From a virus (Duplodnaviria; Caudoviricetes): a stretch of DNA of 54,767 nucleotides. The notes under the pieces were generated by a model that was not told the origin of the DNA, searched no databases, and saw nothing but the letters and a program-made list of their open reading frames with translations. Positions 41,101-49,025 of the stretch are shown here, piece after piece. Position numbers and translations under genes: made by a program. Within the stretch, counting starts at the first letter, position 1, and the number at the start of each line of letters is the position of its first letter. The DNA is taken from positions 1-54,767 of IMG/VR virus record IMGVR_UViG_3300025098_000057; one strand, given 5' to 3'.

Positions 41101-41682
41101 CTCTAGAGCTAATACCAATGTTGATATTGGAATTGATTGTCCAGCATTTATACAAGATGATAGTACAAAAAAGTCTGACGGCTCATCTGGAGTACATGGT
41201 AATACACATTCCTCTAATACAGCAACTCTTGATTCAAGATTTGTAACGTTTTGCTCAATAATAGAAATAGTTTCTTTTATTGTACATATTTCATTTCCAA
41301 CTAAAACAGCCCAATCTGCCAACGGAAGTTCTGTTACAACATTACCTAAACTGTCTCTATAATAAAGACATTTTGGAAGAACAATATTTGTGATTGTAGT
41401 ATCCGGTGTTTCACATACCTTATCTATTAAAGCTTGAACTACTTGATCCAAGTTTGTTGGATCTGCAATTGTCAAACAGCTAGCATCTATTGCCAATACT
41501 GGATTACATTCACATGTAGCATCAATAAGTTCACAAACTTTTGTTGCTAAATTTGCAACTACATCACTGACTGTATCACCATTGCATATATCAATGCAAG
41601 GTATATCTGGACCTTGCCATACTACACAATTTGATGAAATTGGGTTACAAGGTGCTGTACTTCCGTTATTTGTAGGTATCAT
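38107..41682 (-). CDS. Cys-rich tail fibre/spike-like protein, 1191 aa
   Basis: N-terminal SSNCVVWQGPDIPCIDICNGD, a coiled-coil segment (IEQNVTNLESRVAVLE), then Ig/FN3-like beta-rich domains; located in the fibre cluster. Confidence 0.7.
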   Translation of the reverse strand: MIPTNNGSTAPCNPISSNCVVWQGPDIPCIDICNGDTVSDVVANLATKVCELIDATCECNPVLAIDASCLTIADPTNLDQVVQALIDKVCETPDTTITNIVLPKCLYYRDSLGNVVTELPLADWAVLVGNEICTIKETISIIEQNVTNLESRVAVLEECVLPCTPDEPSDFFVLSSCINAGQSIPISTLVLALESQFCSFRDVVGDIALLNSAINAQCLFASTPQLSGNGTLGNVTGWVDTPTTLAESNINQWLAICDLHAAVASIQNNCCDELCSGVTINYAYNIINNGAGIPESINLNFSASTIPTGYVDCTQNSTITITDSNGSSISEVVSVTSLASQPSGINISLAGLNVYQALVVQVDACVSNGSSQCNDSSNISVPLSIPCPTSVSVSATANQIIVGFTNPLGQGVTYDIEAYVTGNPGDILGTATITNPPVNVQQIFPGALSTQSYTVVTSVSQGGVTKICDTQEVAALAVTCNNVESNIAISPTTSVDDIFLGYTGDLAAGTASRYSYNVGTNNIILEPNVGGAGFCYSPILSGLSMAVNGDLSLTAAWGSGAETAIELSYSTDDITYSTPDVGVDGARVLATGITSGSVYVQAITDCGSGLSIATKWRYDFSTNSFTTIQSPSECIDSDLAIGSCPAGVQVAQQFLPCGTSTYAIPGAPATSYWFYVSKVVNATTGVTQYLYAGWDQTTGIKRVVLCCECPAFILTDTIRVFAGQENGYTTNITLPYVLGDGNPIINIITSPIGGTLTQSASSQNVFTYNTIEKVPDNYGDTFQVQIRADVGGVCSSATVTVQIQIVPAGMKMLYTDQDIFAFINTNSYSLGEAIQVRDALVDLKARWNTAFGFTGEIYIIPTSNSNWLGYQKAIVDNGASAGLDGAYSGIQVLPTSWTPGGVGIYKNQAVMLVFSNDSDGVYHDTTLAAGFAGAVTQPSTSYKDDYDAYRDAIAGTQNSSWGQALGLTSSQYPAGISTVLFPLTVPGSSGADAANILQMIAATTGQLIPPSKFGIQTAVDVGQVIQGIGSSNPYDGATTPGGNTISGLFEVSTINSHFALLDQDNTITYLTEMASGDNEDFDYLMDTAIKGNDNTFPAGTIPTNDRYIVTDCATSDAYVVSITNHGCGTIGNGTVIKLNNPGADFIPGDGRADWLTTTNKCVTITSNCESSVAELGTNLDSTYDVCGSCTP

Positions 41683-41710
41683 AAATTTATTTTTTACACT
41701 CAGTATATAA

Positions 41711-41740
41711 TAATATACAATTTTTTTAATTATCTATCAA
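41711..41740 (-). promoter_or_regulatory. Candidate promoter (TTG-N20-TATATTAT) upstream of the 1191-aa gene
   Basis: TTGTATATTA at 41711-41720 and TTG at 41738-41740. Confidence 0.55.
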
Positions 41741-41982
41741 GCTTCTTCTGGTGGCACAGGTAACCCTGTTTCACAATCTATTATCTGTATTGTTAACCCT
41801 GTAGAAGGTGTTAAAACTTTATTTTCTAAATCTTGCCAATCACACAAGTATTTCTTCCTTATAATTGAATCATCGTCTGTAAGACAACAACTGCTTATAC
41901 CAAACTTCTTTGATCTAAAGTCTCTCCACATTGCATCTGCAAATTTGGTCTCAATCTGTATTTTTTTTACATCATCTGCCAT
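41737..41982 (-). CDS. Small Cys-containing hypothetical protein, probably structural
   Basis: The ORF track gives 41737..42003; the ATG at 41982 (MADDVKK) gives a smaller 11-nt overlap with the upstream gene. Contains FGISSCC. Confidence 0.6.
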   Translation of the reverse strand: MADDVKKIQIETKFADAMWRDFRSKKFGISSCCLTDDDSIIRKKYLCDWQDLENKVLTPSTGLTIQIIDCETGLPVPPEEA

Positions 41983-42154
41983 TGACAATATTGTTTCGGG
42001 CATTATTTAATTTTTTTGTTAAAGGATCTGAATTGCTTGCCCCTATCTTATTATTATAAGTTGTTAAGCAAGTTTTATGGACAATTGATCCATCTTTAGC
42101 TTTTGCCTTTTGACAACCGCAACTAAATCCTTTACTACATTCTTTGCACGCCAT
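41972..42154 (-). CDS. Small Cys/His-rich, possibly zinc-binding protein, 60 aa
   Basis: CKEC...CGC...HKTC pattern; preceded by an AAAAACCAACAAAA leader; fills the gap between genes. Confidence 0.7.
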   Translation of the reverse strand: MACKECSKGFSCGCQKAKAKDGSIVHKTCLTTYNNKIGASNSDPLTKKLNNARNNIVNGR

Positions 42155-42174
42155 TTTTGTTGGTTTTTACTGGT

Positions 42175-42726
42175 TTAACAATTAGAATATAAACATGATA
42201 TTTTTTGCAGTTCTTTTAATGCATAATTATATATATCCATACCTTGATTAGGTGAACTACAATACTCAACTCTTGCTATTGCAGCATCAATAAGAGTTCT
42301 TAAATAGTACATTTTAGAAACAAGCTCTCTTTGATCATAATCAGGAGGGCAAGTTTTTAAATCAATATCACAAAGTATTTTAAAATACAATGTTAAAATT
42401 TTAGAAACTCTTAGATGATTATACTCAACATAAACCTTATCATTAGGTGATACGCTATATTTTATAACATAAACCCCATCTGGTAGAGCTGCATTTTTAT
42501 TTGCACAATCTACAGTTTGCAATCCTAAATCACAAGCTGTAATATTTAAGTTAAAATTCTGCGTAACAGAAATAAGTGCAGGACTATTAAAACCGGGTGT
42601 TGTTATTAAAAGTTCTGGACAATCAACAGGTAACAACTCAGTATATTGACTTGTGTCATTTATTGAAAGAATTTCGCAATTTGCTACCGTTGGAACTTCT
42701 AAACTCAGAATATGCTTATCAGCCAT
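42175..42726 (-). CDS. Putative tail-hub/fibre-attachment protein, 183 aa
   Basis: LPDGVYVIKYSV Ig-like motif followed by a helical C-terminus; lies directly after the auxiliary capsid gene as in crAss-like phages. Confidence 0.55.
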   Translation of the reverse strand: MADKHILSLEVPTVANCEILSINDTSQYTELLPVDCPELLITTPGFNSPALISVTQNFNLNITACDLGLQTVDCANKNAALPDGVYVIKYSVSPNDKVYVEYNHLRVSKILTLYFKILCDIDLKTCPPDYDQRELVSKMYYLRTLIDAAIARVEYCSSPNQGMDIYNYALKELQKISCLYSNC

Positions 42727-42753
42727 TTATAAAATTATTAGAGTATATATTAA

Positions 42754-42763
42754 TAATATACAA
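42754..42763 (-). promoter_or_regulatory. Repeated promoter-like motif TTGTATATTA
   Basis: Exact copy, just downstream of a terminator and 27 nt upstream of the ATG at 42726. Confidence 0.55.
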
Positions 42764-42776
42764 AAAAAGTTTAACT

Positions 42777-42810
42777 AAAAAAAGAAAGGCGAGTATAAAC
42801 CCGCCCTTCC
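42777..42810 (-). terminator. Rho-independent terminator
   Basis: Minus strand reads GAAGGGCGGGT-TTAT-ACTCGCCTTTC followed by T7, after the 407-aa gene. Confidence 0.85.
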
Positions 42811-42832
42811 TTTCAATTAATTATTTAATTAA

Positions 42833-44056
42833 TTACTGTAGTGTATCAAAAGCAACACCAGATAATGTTGATAATGCAGCCATCATATTATCTAGCTCAG
42901 TGATTACGGCAGTATCCGTACACTTTACAAAGATTTGATATAAATACTGATCATTATCAAATGTTCCAGATGGATTGTTAAATCTTGGAACACTGTGTTG
43001 AATGTAATATACTTGATATAAAGCATCTCTATCTACAGATCCAATAACTGCTTCAGAACCTTCAATCTCACGGATACGTGCTGAATCAGCTGAACCTTGA
43101 TTAAATGGAGACTGCATGTAACGGTCAGTTAAGATAAGATCGCGAAGAACTTTCTCACCTAATGTTTCAGGCATTTGTCCTGGTTTTGAATTAGCAACAC
43201 CACAATCATTACATGGGTTACCAGTTTCGTCTAATACAGAAAGAATTACTGTTACAGGCTCTTTTCCGTAGAAATCTCTAGTATCAAAAGAACAATCACC
43301 AAACTTAGTATCTACATAAGCACCAACTACGTTTGCAGTTACACTTGTAATACCATCAGCAACAGGGTCAGTAACAGCAGTAAATCCACCAGTACCATTA
43401 ACAACTTCATCAATTGTCCAAGTACCTGCGTTAGTACCACCAGCTTGTTCAATTTCAGAAGCACCAGCTGCAACAAAAGGAGCAACGATTGGATCAGCTA
43501 AAAGCATTTGGATTGCAGCAGCAAGAGCTACAGTAGGATCAAGAAACTCTTGTCCTTCAACACAACATACACCACTAAGATCACCACCATTAGCAGCAGC
43601 ATCACCAGAACTATCACCAATAGCATAAGCATTGTGATTCAAGAAACGTAGTGCTGGAGAACCTTTAACATCCATTCTTACAAATAGATTCTCTCCACAT
43701 GGAGCACATGTAGGTCCAACAGCAATAGAAGCAGCAGGTTGTGAGGCCTCATTACATGTAGACTTAGCAAGTCTTGAAATGTACTTTGAATTGATAGCTT
43801 TTCCTTTTACAGATTCAGCATAACCACCATGTCCAGGGTTGTTACCAATATTATCATTTGTACGAATACTACCTTGACATAAAACTAAATGTTTTTCAGT
43901 AGATGTACCTAATGCAGCAGTAGCAATTGATTCCCAATTACTTTCTCCTACAATTGCAACTTCTTTTGAGGGCAATGCCGAAGTTGCTGTACCTCCCGCT
44001 GTGTCATAAGAGCCAGCTAGGAAGCTTTTACAAAAAGCATGATTAAAATAAGCCAT
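42833..44056 (-). CDS. Putative auxiliary capsid (decoration) protein, 407 aa
   Basis: MAYFNHAF start and YYIQHSVPRFNNPSGTFDNDQY C-terminus. It has its own promoter-like motif and terminator, suggesting high expression, and sits at the crAss-like position. Confidence 0.65.
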   Translation of the reverse strand: MAYFNHAFCKSFLAGSYDTAGGTATSALPSKEVAIVGESNWESIATAALGTSTEKHLVLCQGSIRTNDNIGNNPGHGGYAESVKGKAINSKYISRLAKSTCNEASQPAASIAVGPTCAPCGENLFVRMDVKGSPALRFLNHNAYAIGDSSGDAAANGGDLSGVCCVEGQEFLDPTVALAAAIQMLLADPIVAPFVAAGASEIEQAGGTNAGTWTIDEVVNGTGGFTAVTDPVADGITSVTANVVGAYVDTKFGDCSFDTRDFYGKEPVTVILSVLDETGNPCNDCGVANSKPGQMPETLGEKVLRDLILTDRYMQSPFNQGSADSARIREIEGSEAVIGSVDRDALYQVYYIQHSVPRFNNPSGTFDNDQYLYQIFVKCTDTAVITELDNMMAALSTLSGVAFDTLQ

Positions 44057-44107
44057 AATTTGTTGTTTAAAATATAAATAAAAAATGTGTAACGTTGTGT
44101 TACATTA

Positions 44108-44137
44108 TAATATACAAAATTTTTAATTAACTACAAA
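44108..44137 (-). promoter_or_regulatory. Candidate promoter (TTTG-N19-TATATTAT)
   Basis: TTGTATATTA at 44108-44117 and TTTG at 44134-44137. Confidence 0.6.
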
Positions 44138-44141
44138 CTAA

Positions 44142-44849
44142 TTAATTAGATCTTTCAGCAGCTTGCTGTTCTCTATTCATTTGATTATAGTTATCTATGT
44201 CACCTGCAATAATAGCAGCTGCCTCATCAAGTATAAGTTCTACAATATCATCTTTGAATTCTGATTCAACATCAGCTGCTGCAACAATACCTGTATATGG
44301 ATTAACTACACCCGTAAACTCTATATAAGTGGGTCTTTTATAATAGGTAAGTATTGGATCTACTATATCAAAATCCTTCTTTCTATAAATACGTATTTTA
44401 TTATCTAGTATTGTACAAAATGTTTCACCCCATTCAAAACTTGGATTTCTTAAAGGATCTCTTAATATTAAGTTTACATTTGCTTCTTCAGCTAAATATA
44501 CTTGCATAGGCCTTGGATCAGGACAACACTCATCTTTTGAAAAAGCAGTTACCTTTTTATACTCCATATAATCCTCAATAGGAAAATTAGTAGTTTCAAA
44601 ATAAGTATCCGTTTGTATACCTGTTAAAACAAGCTCTCTAAGCAAGACTTGCATATCATCAATTCTTCTCTTAGAGAACTCATCACCTTCTTTATATACG
44701 TTTCCTCCGTGCAACTGTCTTCTAGACCACTCAACAGCAGCTTTATTAAAAGCTTCTATTACTTGCCAATTTTCTATATTATCATAGTCATTGCTAGATA
44801 ACTTATTTAACCTCTGCTGAAGTTTAATCTTTAACGTTGCATTATTCAT
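44142..44849 (-). CDS. Putative ring/head-tail adaptor protein, 235 aa
   Basis: LNKLSSNDYDN...FNKA N-terminus, LTYYKRP motif and a C-terminal ELILDEAA helix, typical of crAss-like ring proteins. Confidence 0.7.
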   Translation of the reverse strand: MNNATLKIKLQQRLNKLSSNDYDNIENWQVIEAFNKAAVEWSRRQLHGGNVYKEGDEFSKRRIDDMQVLLRELVLTGIQTDTYFETTNFPIEDYMEYKKVTAFSKDECCPDPRPMQVYLAEEANVNLILRDPLRNPSFEWGETFCTILDNKIRIYRKKDFDIVDPILTYYKRPTYIEFTGVVNPYTGIVAAADVESEFKDDIVELILDEAAAIIAGDIDNYNQMNREQQAAERSN

Positions 44850-44852
44850 CTC

Positions 44853-45866
44853 TTATTTCCAATAAGGTTCAACTTTATCCATTAATGATTTTAATAAATC
44901 ATCATGTTCCGGGTTCTTTAAGAATGTAACAACTTCTGCGGGAACTTTACCTAGTTTAACTCCGCTATCTAAAGTTTCAATCCATCCTGATGGTTTTGGT
45001 GTAATAAATCTATAAAACATAGAATCTTTTACTAATGCTCTAATTTTAAGATCTTCCATCTTAGATTTAGAGGCATTTAAAAAGCTTTCAGCAGCTCTCA
45101 TTCTGTTAGATTCAGTTCCTTCACCAGAAATAAACATATCCATATTTTCATATATAATATCTTTTGGTGTAGATTTAGTATACTGAACACTATCTGCATC
45201 TACAACTTTTGCTACATACATTAATTTGCTTAAGTTTTTATCAAACATTTTTTCAAGCTCAACTAACGCTCTGTTGCGCATTTTTGTATACTCAGTTCTT
45301 GTAGAAATTGTTTCTTCTAACTGATCTAAATAAAACTTCTTTGGATTTGGTGAAGTCTTTGCTTCCTTTAATGATTTAGATATCATAGAAAATCCACCTG
45401 CTTCAATTGCACATAGCTTAATTCTATCATAAGGATCTTTTGCGGGATCAAGATAAACAGGATCATTTCCACAGCGCATGCTTATTCTTGACCAGAACTT
45501 ATCATTATCTGGCTTAAGTAATGTTACTTTATTCCAAAACTCTTTGTCTTCAGGATCAATCATATTAGAAGCAAGCTCTCTCTCTAATTCAGAAACAATT
45601 CTTCTAATTTCTTTAATTTTTAACTCTCTATCGCCAGGAGCTAAACGTTTTACTTCTGGTGCAAATTCATTAAGTCCTGTTATAAATCTTTTTACTCCGT
45701 TTAATTCTAAACAAGCTAGGTTTTCTTCATGCCATACACCTTCGTGTAATGCCATACCATAATGCTCTAATCCCATATTTTGTCTGTCTTGATTAAAATA
45801 AGGGCGTACAGCAATTGTTTGGTTTTTTCCTTGCTGATACTTTTCTACAATTGTGTATTCTTCCAT
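44853..45866 (-). CDS. Conserved crAss-like protein downstream of the major capsid gene, 337 aa
   Basis: Long ORF in the conserved block between the capsid and ring genes; AAAAACCAAAAAACAA leader; function not recognisable. Confidence 0.65.
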   Translation of the reverse strand: MEEYTIVEKYQQGKNQTIAVRPYFNQDRQNMGLEHYGMALHEGVWHEENLACLELNGVKRFITGLNEFAPEVKRLAPGDRELKIKEIRRIVSELERELASNMIDPEDKEFWNKVTLLKPDNDKFWSRISMRCGNDPVYLDPAKDPYDRIKLCAIEAGGFSMISKSLKEAKTSPNPKKFYLDQLEETISTRTEYTKMRNRALVELEKMFDKNLSKLMYVAKVVDADSVQYTKSTPKDIIYENMDMFISGEGTESNRMRAAESFLNASKSKMEDLKIRALVKDSMFYRFITPKPSGWIETLDSGVKLGKVPAEVVTFLKNPEHDDLLKSLMDKVEPYWK

Positions 45867-45897
45867 TTGTTTTTTGGTTTTTGTAAATTATTAATTG

Positions 45898-45981
45898 TTA
45901 CTCAAAAGTACATAATTATGTACACTTATTAATTAATATTTCTAATGCCGGTAATTAAACCGGCAATAGTTATTTGAGTAA
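45898..45981 (-). ncRNA. Putative structured intergenic RNA (four-way junction)
   Basis: A 9-bp closing stem TTACTCAAA/TTTGAGTAA encloses three inverted repeats. It is not a canonical tRNA. Confidence 0.4.
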
Positions 45982-46641
45982 TTATAAATCTTCGTACTTC
46001 TTATCTGTCTTTTGAACAGGTGAAGCCATTTTTTTATCTGCGCCAAACCTAGATTCTAAAAGTCTATCTCCATATGTAAAAGTCTTAGAGAATTTAGTTT
46101 CAAGAGCCTGTTTAAGCCCTTTCACTTTTACAATTCTTCTATCTAACTCTTGCTGAACCTTTTTGTCCACCGTCTCATCCTCTCTAAAAAGTCTGATGCT
46201 AAAAGATATTTTGTATAACTCCACAAAATTTTTATAATATTTGGGAGATTCTACTTTTTTATCTTCTGTTATCTCTTCACATCTTTTCTTTGCCACATCT
46301 TCAGTAATTTCAGCTGCTGCTCTTACATCGTCTGTGAACGCTGCATTTAATCTTACAGCCTTTGCTTGTTCTTCTCTTACTTTATATTCTTCACAGTTAA
46401 ACTCTTTTAACCTACCAAGTGAAGTATCTGCAACATTCTGAGTAATATATTTCTTATCAAGTGCTTCTGTTACCGAAACTTTCTCACCAGCTATTGTAAC
46501 ACCTGCTTCTTGTGGAGCTTTGTAAGGTGATTCTACATAAGCTCTTTTATCAAACGTTACCCCAGCTGTTGCATTAAAAGATAATGCCTGAACTCTGTCA
46601 TCTCTAAGCGCTGCTTCTTTTGCGTATATTTCTTCTGCCAT
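45982..46641 (-). CDS. Hypothetical protein, 219 aa, charged and helical
   Basis: ATG start and tight packing with neighbouring genes; no recognisable motif. Confidence 0.7.
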   Translation of the reverse strand: MAEEIYAKEAALRDDRVQALSFNATAGVTFDKRAYVESPYKAPQEAGVTIAGEKVSVTEALDKKYITQNVADTSLGRLKEFNCEEYKVREEQAKAVRLNAAFTDDVRAAAEITEDVAKKRCEEITEDKKVESPKYYKNFVELYKISFSIRLFREDETVDKKVQQELDRRIVKVKGLKQALETKFSKTFTYGDRLLESRFGADKKMASPVQKTDKKYEDL

Positions 46642-46652
46642 GATTTCTATTT

Positions 46653-47297
46653 TTAAACAATTGTTGGTACTACCCCTTCATAACAAAGGAATTCAAAATT
46701 TGCTATTACTGTTCCTGTAGCATTTGCACCTGGACCACTTTGATTTGCAACTACAGATAAAGTAAAGTCTACCTGTGCGCCAGTCGTACTTTCAAGTATT
46801 GCCATTGAATCAGTTGCTAAACCATTACCTGTAAGGCTGTCCTGAAGTTCAGCTCCATTTTGTAATACATTAATTACATTTGAACTTAAACTAATATCGG
46901 TACATACTACAACACCTTTCATTTCCCAAGGTAGGTAATAACCTTCATTACCTTCTCCCGGAACTTCTGGAATATTAACTGAAACTAACTCAGTAAGTTC
47001 ATTAGAGGTTGCTTGAAGCGCTCCTATGATAGTTAACTTCCAACCTTCTTGTACAGTACCATTGCTAAATGTAATTCTTGTTGCTGTTTTTTGCAAAACG
47101 CTAGACGGTAGAGCTGCCGTAGATGATTCAAATTGGTCAGAAACCAACTGCAAACCTACCTCCGCTGCTTGTCCCACAGCATTAACATGAGATAGCCTAG
47201 CTACTTGAATTGTACTATCTCCTTTCTTTCCAGCTCGTATATCTTTTTTAATATACTTATCTGGGAAGAGTGCTTTTATTCTTTCTATAAATGCCAT
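46653..47297 (-). CDS. Putative head fibre/decoration protein, 214 aa
   Basis: Directly after the MCP terminator; short basic N-terminus (…VARLSHVN) followed by a beta-rich domain. The function is inferred. Confidence 0.45.
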   Translation of the reverse strand: MAFIERIKALFPDKYIKKDIRAGKKGDSTIQVARLSHVNAVGQAAEVGLQLVSDQFESSTAALPSSVLQKTATRITFSNGTVQEGWKLTIIGALQATSNELTELVSVNIPEVPGEGNEGYYLPWEMKGVVVCTDISLSSNVINVLQNGAELQDSLTGNGLATDSMAILESTTGAQVDFTLSVVANQSGPGANATGTVIANFEFLCYEGVVPTIV

Positions 47298-47322
47298 TTT
47301 TTAAAGTTTTAAAATATTAAAT

Positions 47323-47348
47323 AAAAAAGGGGAGAATGAACTCCCCTT
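47323..47348 (-). terminator. Rho-independent terminator after the major capsid gene
   Basis: Minus strand reads AAGGGGAG-TTCATT-CTCCCCTT followed by TTTT. Confidence 0.88.
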
Positions 47349-47362
47349 AATAATTGTCATTC

Positions 47363-48982
47363 TTAGAATGATCCTCCAGTAACTGGGTTTCTCATTACAA
47401 TTTTTAGAACTTTAGTTGGATCCTTAACCCAAATAGCTGGCATTGTTTGAGTCATATAAACTCTATAGCCATTGAACTGTCCAGTAGAAGCAAACCCTTG
47501 AGTTCGTCCCATGTAGTCCATTGTACCATTTTGGTAGAACCACTTAAGTTGATTATCCCATGATAATTTCAATAAGTGAATGTTATCATTTCCATTCTCA
47601 GTTACATCAAAAATGATAAAGCTAAATGAGCTAAGAGGACGTCCATCAATTAATGGGTTCTCAATATCATTAGTATGTAAGTTATCAAATGCTGGGTTAA
47701 GTACAAACTTAACATTAGCAAGGAAAGGAATAGTAAAGCTTGTGTAAGCAAAACCAAAATCAAGATCCATACCTTGTCCAGTTACTGCACCAATATCAGA
47801 AGCATTTTGAACTAATCCAGAACCATATACTTCATCAGCAATAGCTTTGTTAATTAATTGCATACCACCAATACCAGTCTGTACAATAAGCTGACGCTGT
47901 GGGTCTGGCCCCTTGAACTCAACTTTCCCTTGGTAGAAATTGTAAAGTTCAGATTTAAACATATCAAGTGTAAAGCTAGACTTGTTGTATACTCTTTTAA
48001 ATGAGTTATCCAACTGTGACCAAAGACCAACAGATAAACGAATATCATCCGGACCGTCTTGTCTAATTCTACCACCTTTACCCCACATAAGGTAAGTTTC
48101 AATATCATTTGCAATTTTTGACAAATGAGCTGCTTCCATATTAGTAATGAAAGTCTTAGTAAGAGTACCGCTTTCAAAAGCTTCTCTTGCACCTGATTTA
48201 CCCATAGTAGTTACTAAGTCTTCAATAGAAGATACCGATGGATTATTAGGATCTTGATTAAAGTTTCTCCAGATCTCAGTTACAGGTACTGTACCATCAG
48301 CATTCAATCCACCTTTGATCATAAGATCAGCACGAGATGAAATAGAATAATGAACGTGTGCTTCTGCTCCACCTACATAATTGTAGAATTCGCGGAAACC
48401 AGATCCTGTCTCAATGTCAGAAAATCTTTCACCATACTCACCACGAGCAGAACCTTTACGGAAATACTTAGTTCCAGGAACCATGTAAAGTGTAGGGTCT
48501 AAAGTAGCAGCACTGTTGTTATTTACTAACTGTACAGTATAAATGAACCCGTCACCAGCTGGGATAATATCATCAGCAGTAATGTAAAGTTCAAGTCCAT
48601 TGTACTTGTCATAAGTAATAATGTCACCATGACCAAATGCACGCTTAGAAAGCTTCACTTGGAAAGTAGTTCCATCTGCACCTACAGGATTTCCACCTGT
48701 TAAATCTTGGACAACAAACGGTAGATCTTGTGCAATTGGTGTTTGCCATTTGTACTCACCGCGAGCATTGTCAACTAAAATTGTGTTCTTTCCACCAAAA
48801 GACGCCATTTGATAAAGGGGCATTTCAACTTTTTGAGTCATAGCCCACAAATCAACAGGTCCCATATCCATAGGCTCAGAAGATCCAAGCATCTGGGTAA
48901 GGTGATAAGAATCAACGTGAGATGAAGCTTTATAAGCAGTATCTCTAAGGAAAATTCCATTGTTTAAAACTGGAGTTGCCAT
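47363..48982 (-). CDS. Major capsid protein (HK97 fold, crAss-like), 539 aa
   Basis: SSHVDSYHL start, LMWGKGG...GLWSQL, QTGIGGM, and an IWVKDPTKVLKI C-terminus; follows the scaffold-like gene and is followed by a terminator. Confidence 0.9.
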   Translation of the reverse strand: MATPVLNNGIFLRDTAYKASSHVDSYHLTQMLGSSEPMDMGPVDLWAMTQKVEMPLYQMASFGGKNTILVDNARGEYKWQTPIAQDLPFVVQDLTGGNPVGADGTTFQVKLSKRAFGHGDIITYDKYNGLELYITADDIIPAGDGFIYTVQLVNNNSAATLDPTLYMVPGTKYFRKGSARGEYGERFSDIETGSGFREFYNYVGGAEAHVHYSISSRADLMIKGGLNADGTVPVTEIWRNFNQDPNNPSVSSIEDLVTTMGKSGAREAFESGTLTKTFITNMEAAHLSKIANDIETYLMWGKGGRIRQDGPDDIRLSVGLWSQLDNSFKRVYNKSSFTLDMFKSELYNFYQGKVEFKGPDPQRQLIVQTGIGGMQLINKAIADEVYGSGLVQNASDIGAVTGQGMDLDFGFAYTSFTIPFLANVKFVLNPAFDNLHTNDIENPLIDGRPLSSFSFIIFDVTENGNDNIHLLKLSWDNQLKWFYQNGTMDYMGRTQGFASTGQFNGYRVYMTQTMPAIWVKDPTKVLKIVMRNPVTGGSF

Positions 48983-49025
48983 AATTGATTGTTTTGTTAT
49001 TTGTTATTAATTATATATTTGATTG

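Noticed and set aside
44088-44104. Small hairpin TGTAAC/GTTACA as a terminator
   Set aside because: The 6-bp AT-rich stem is weak and lies just downstream of a promoter-like motif; it is at most a 5' leader hairpin.
45898-45981. tRNA gene
   Set aside because: It is tRNA-sized and cloverleaf-like but has no TTCRA T-loop, D-loop GG, 7-nt anticodon loop or CCA.
20127-48192. Short alternative-frame minus-strand ORFs (20127, 22304, 25653, 33988, 47854)
   Set aside because: They are nested in or overlap well-supported genes and have no motifs.
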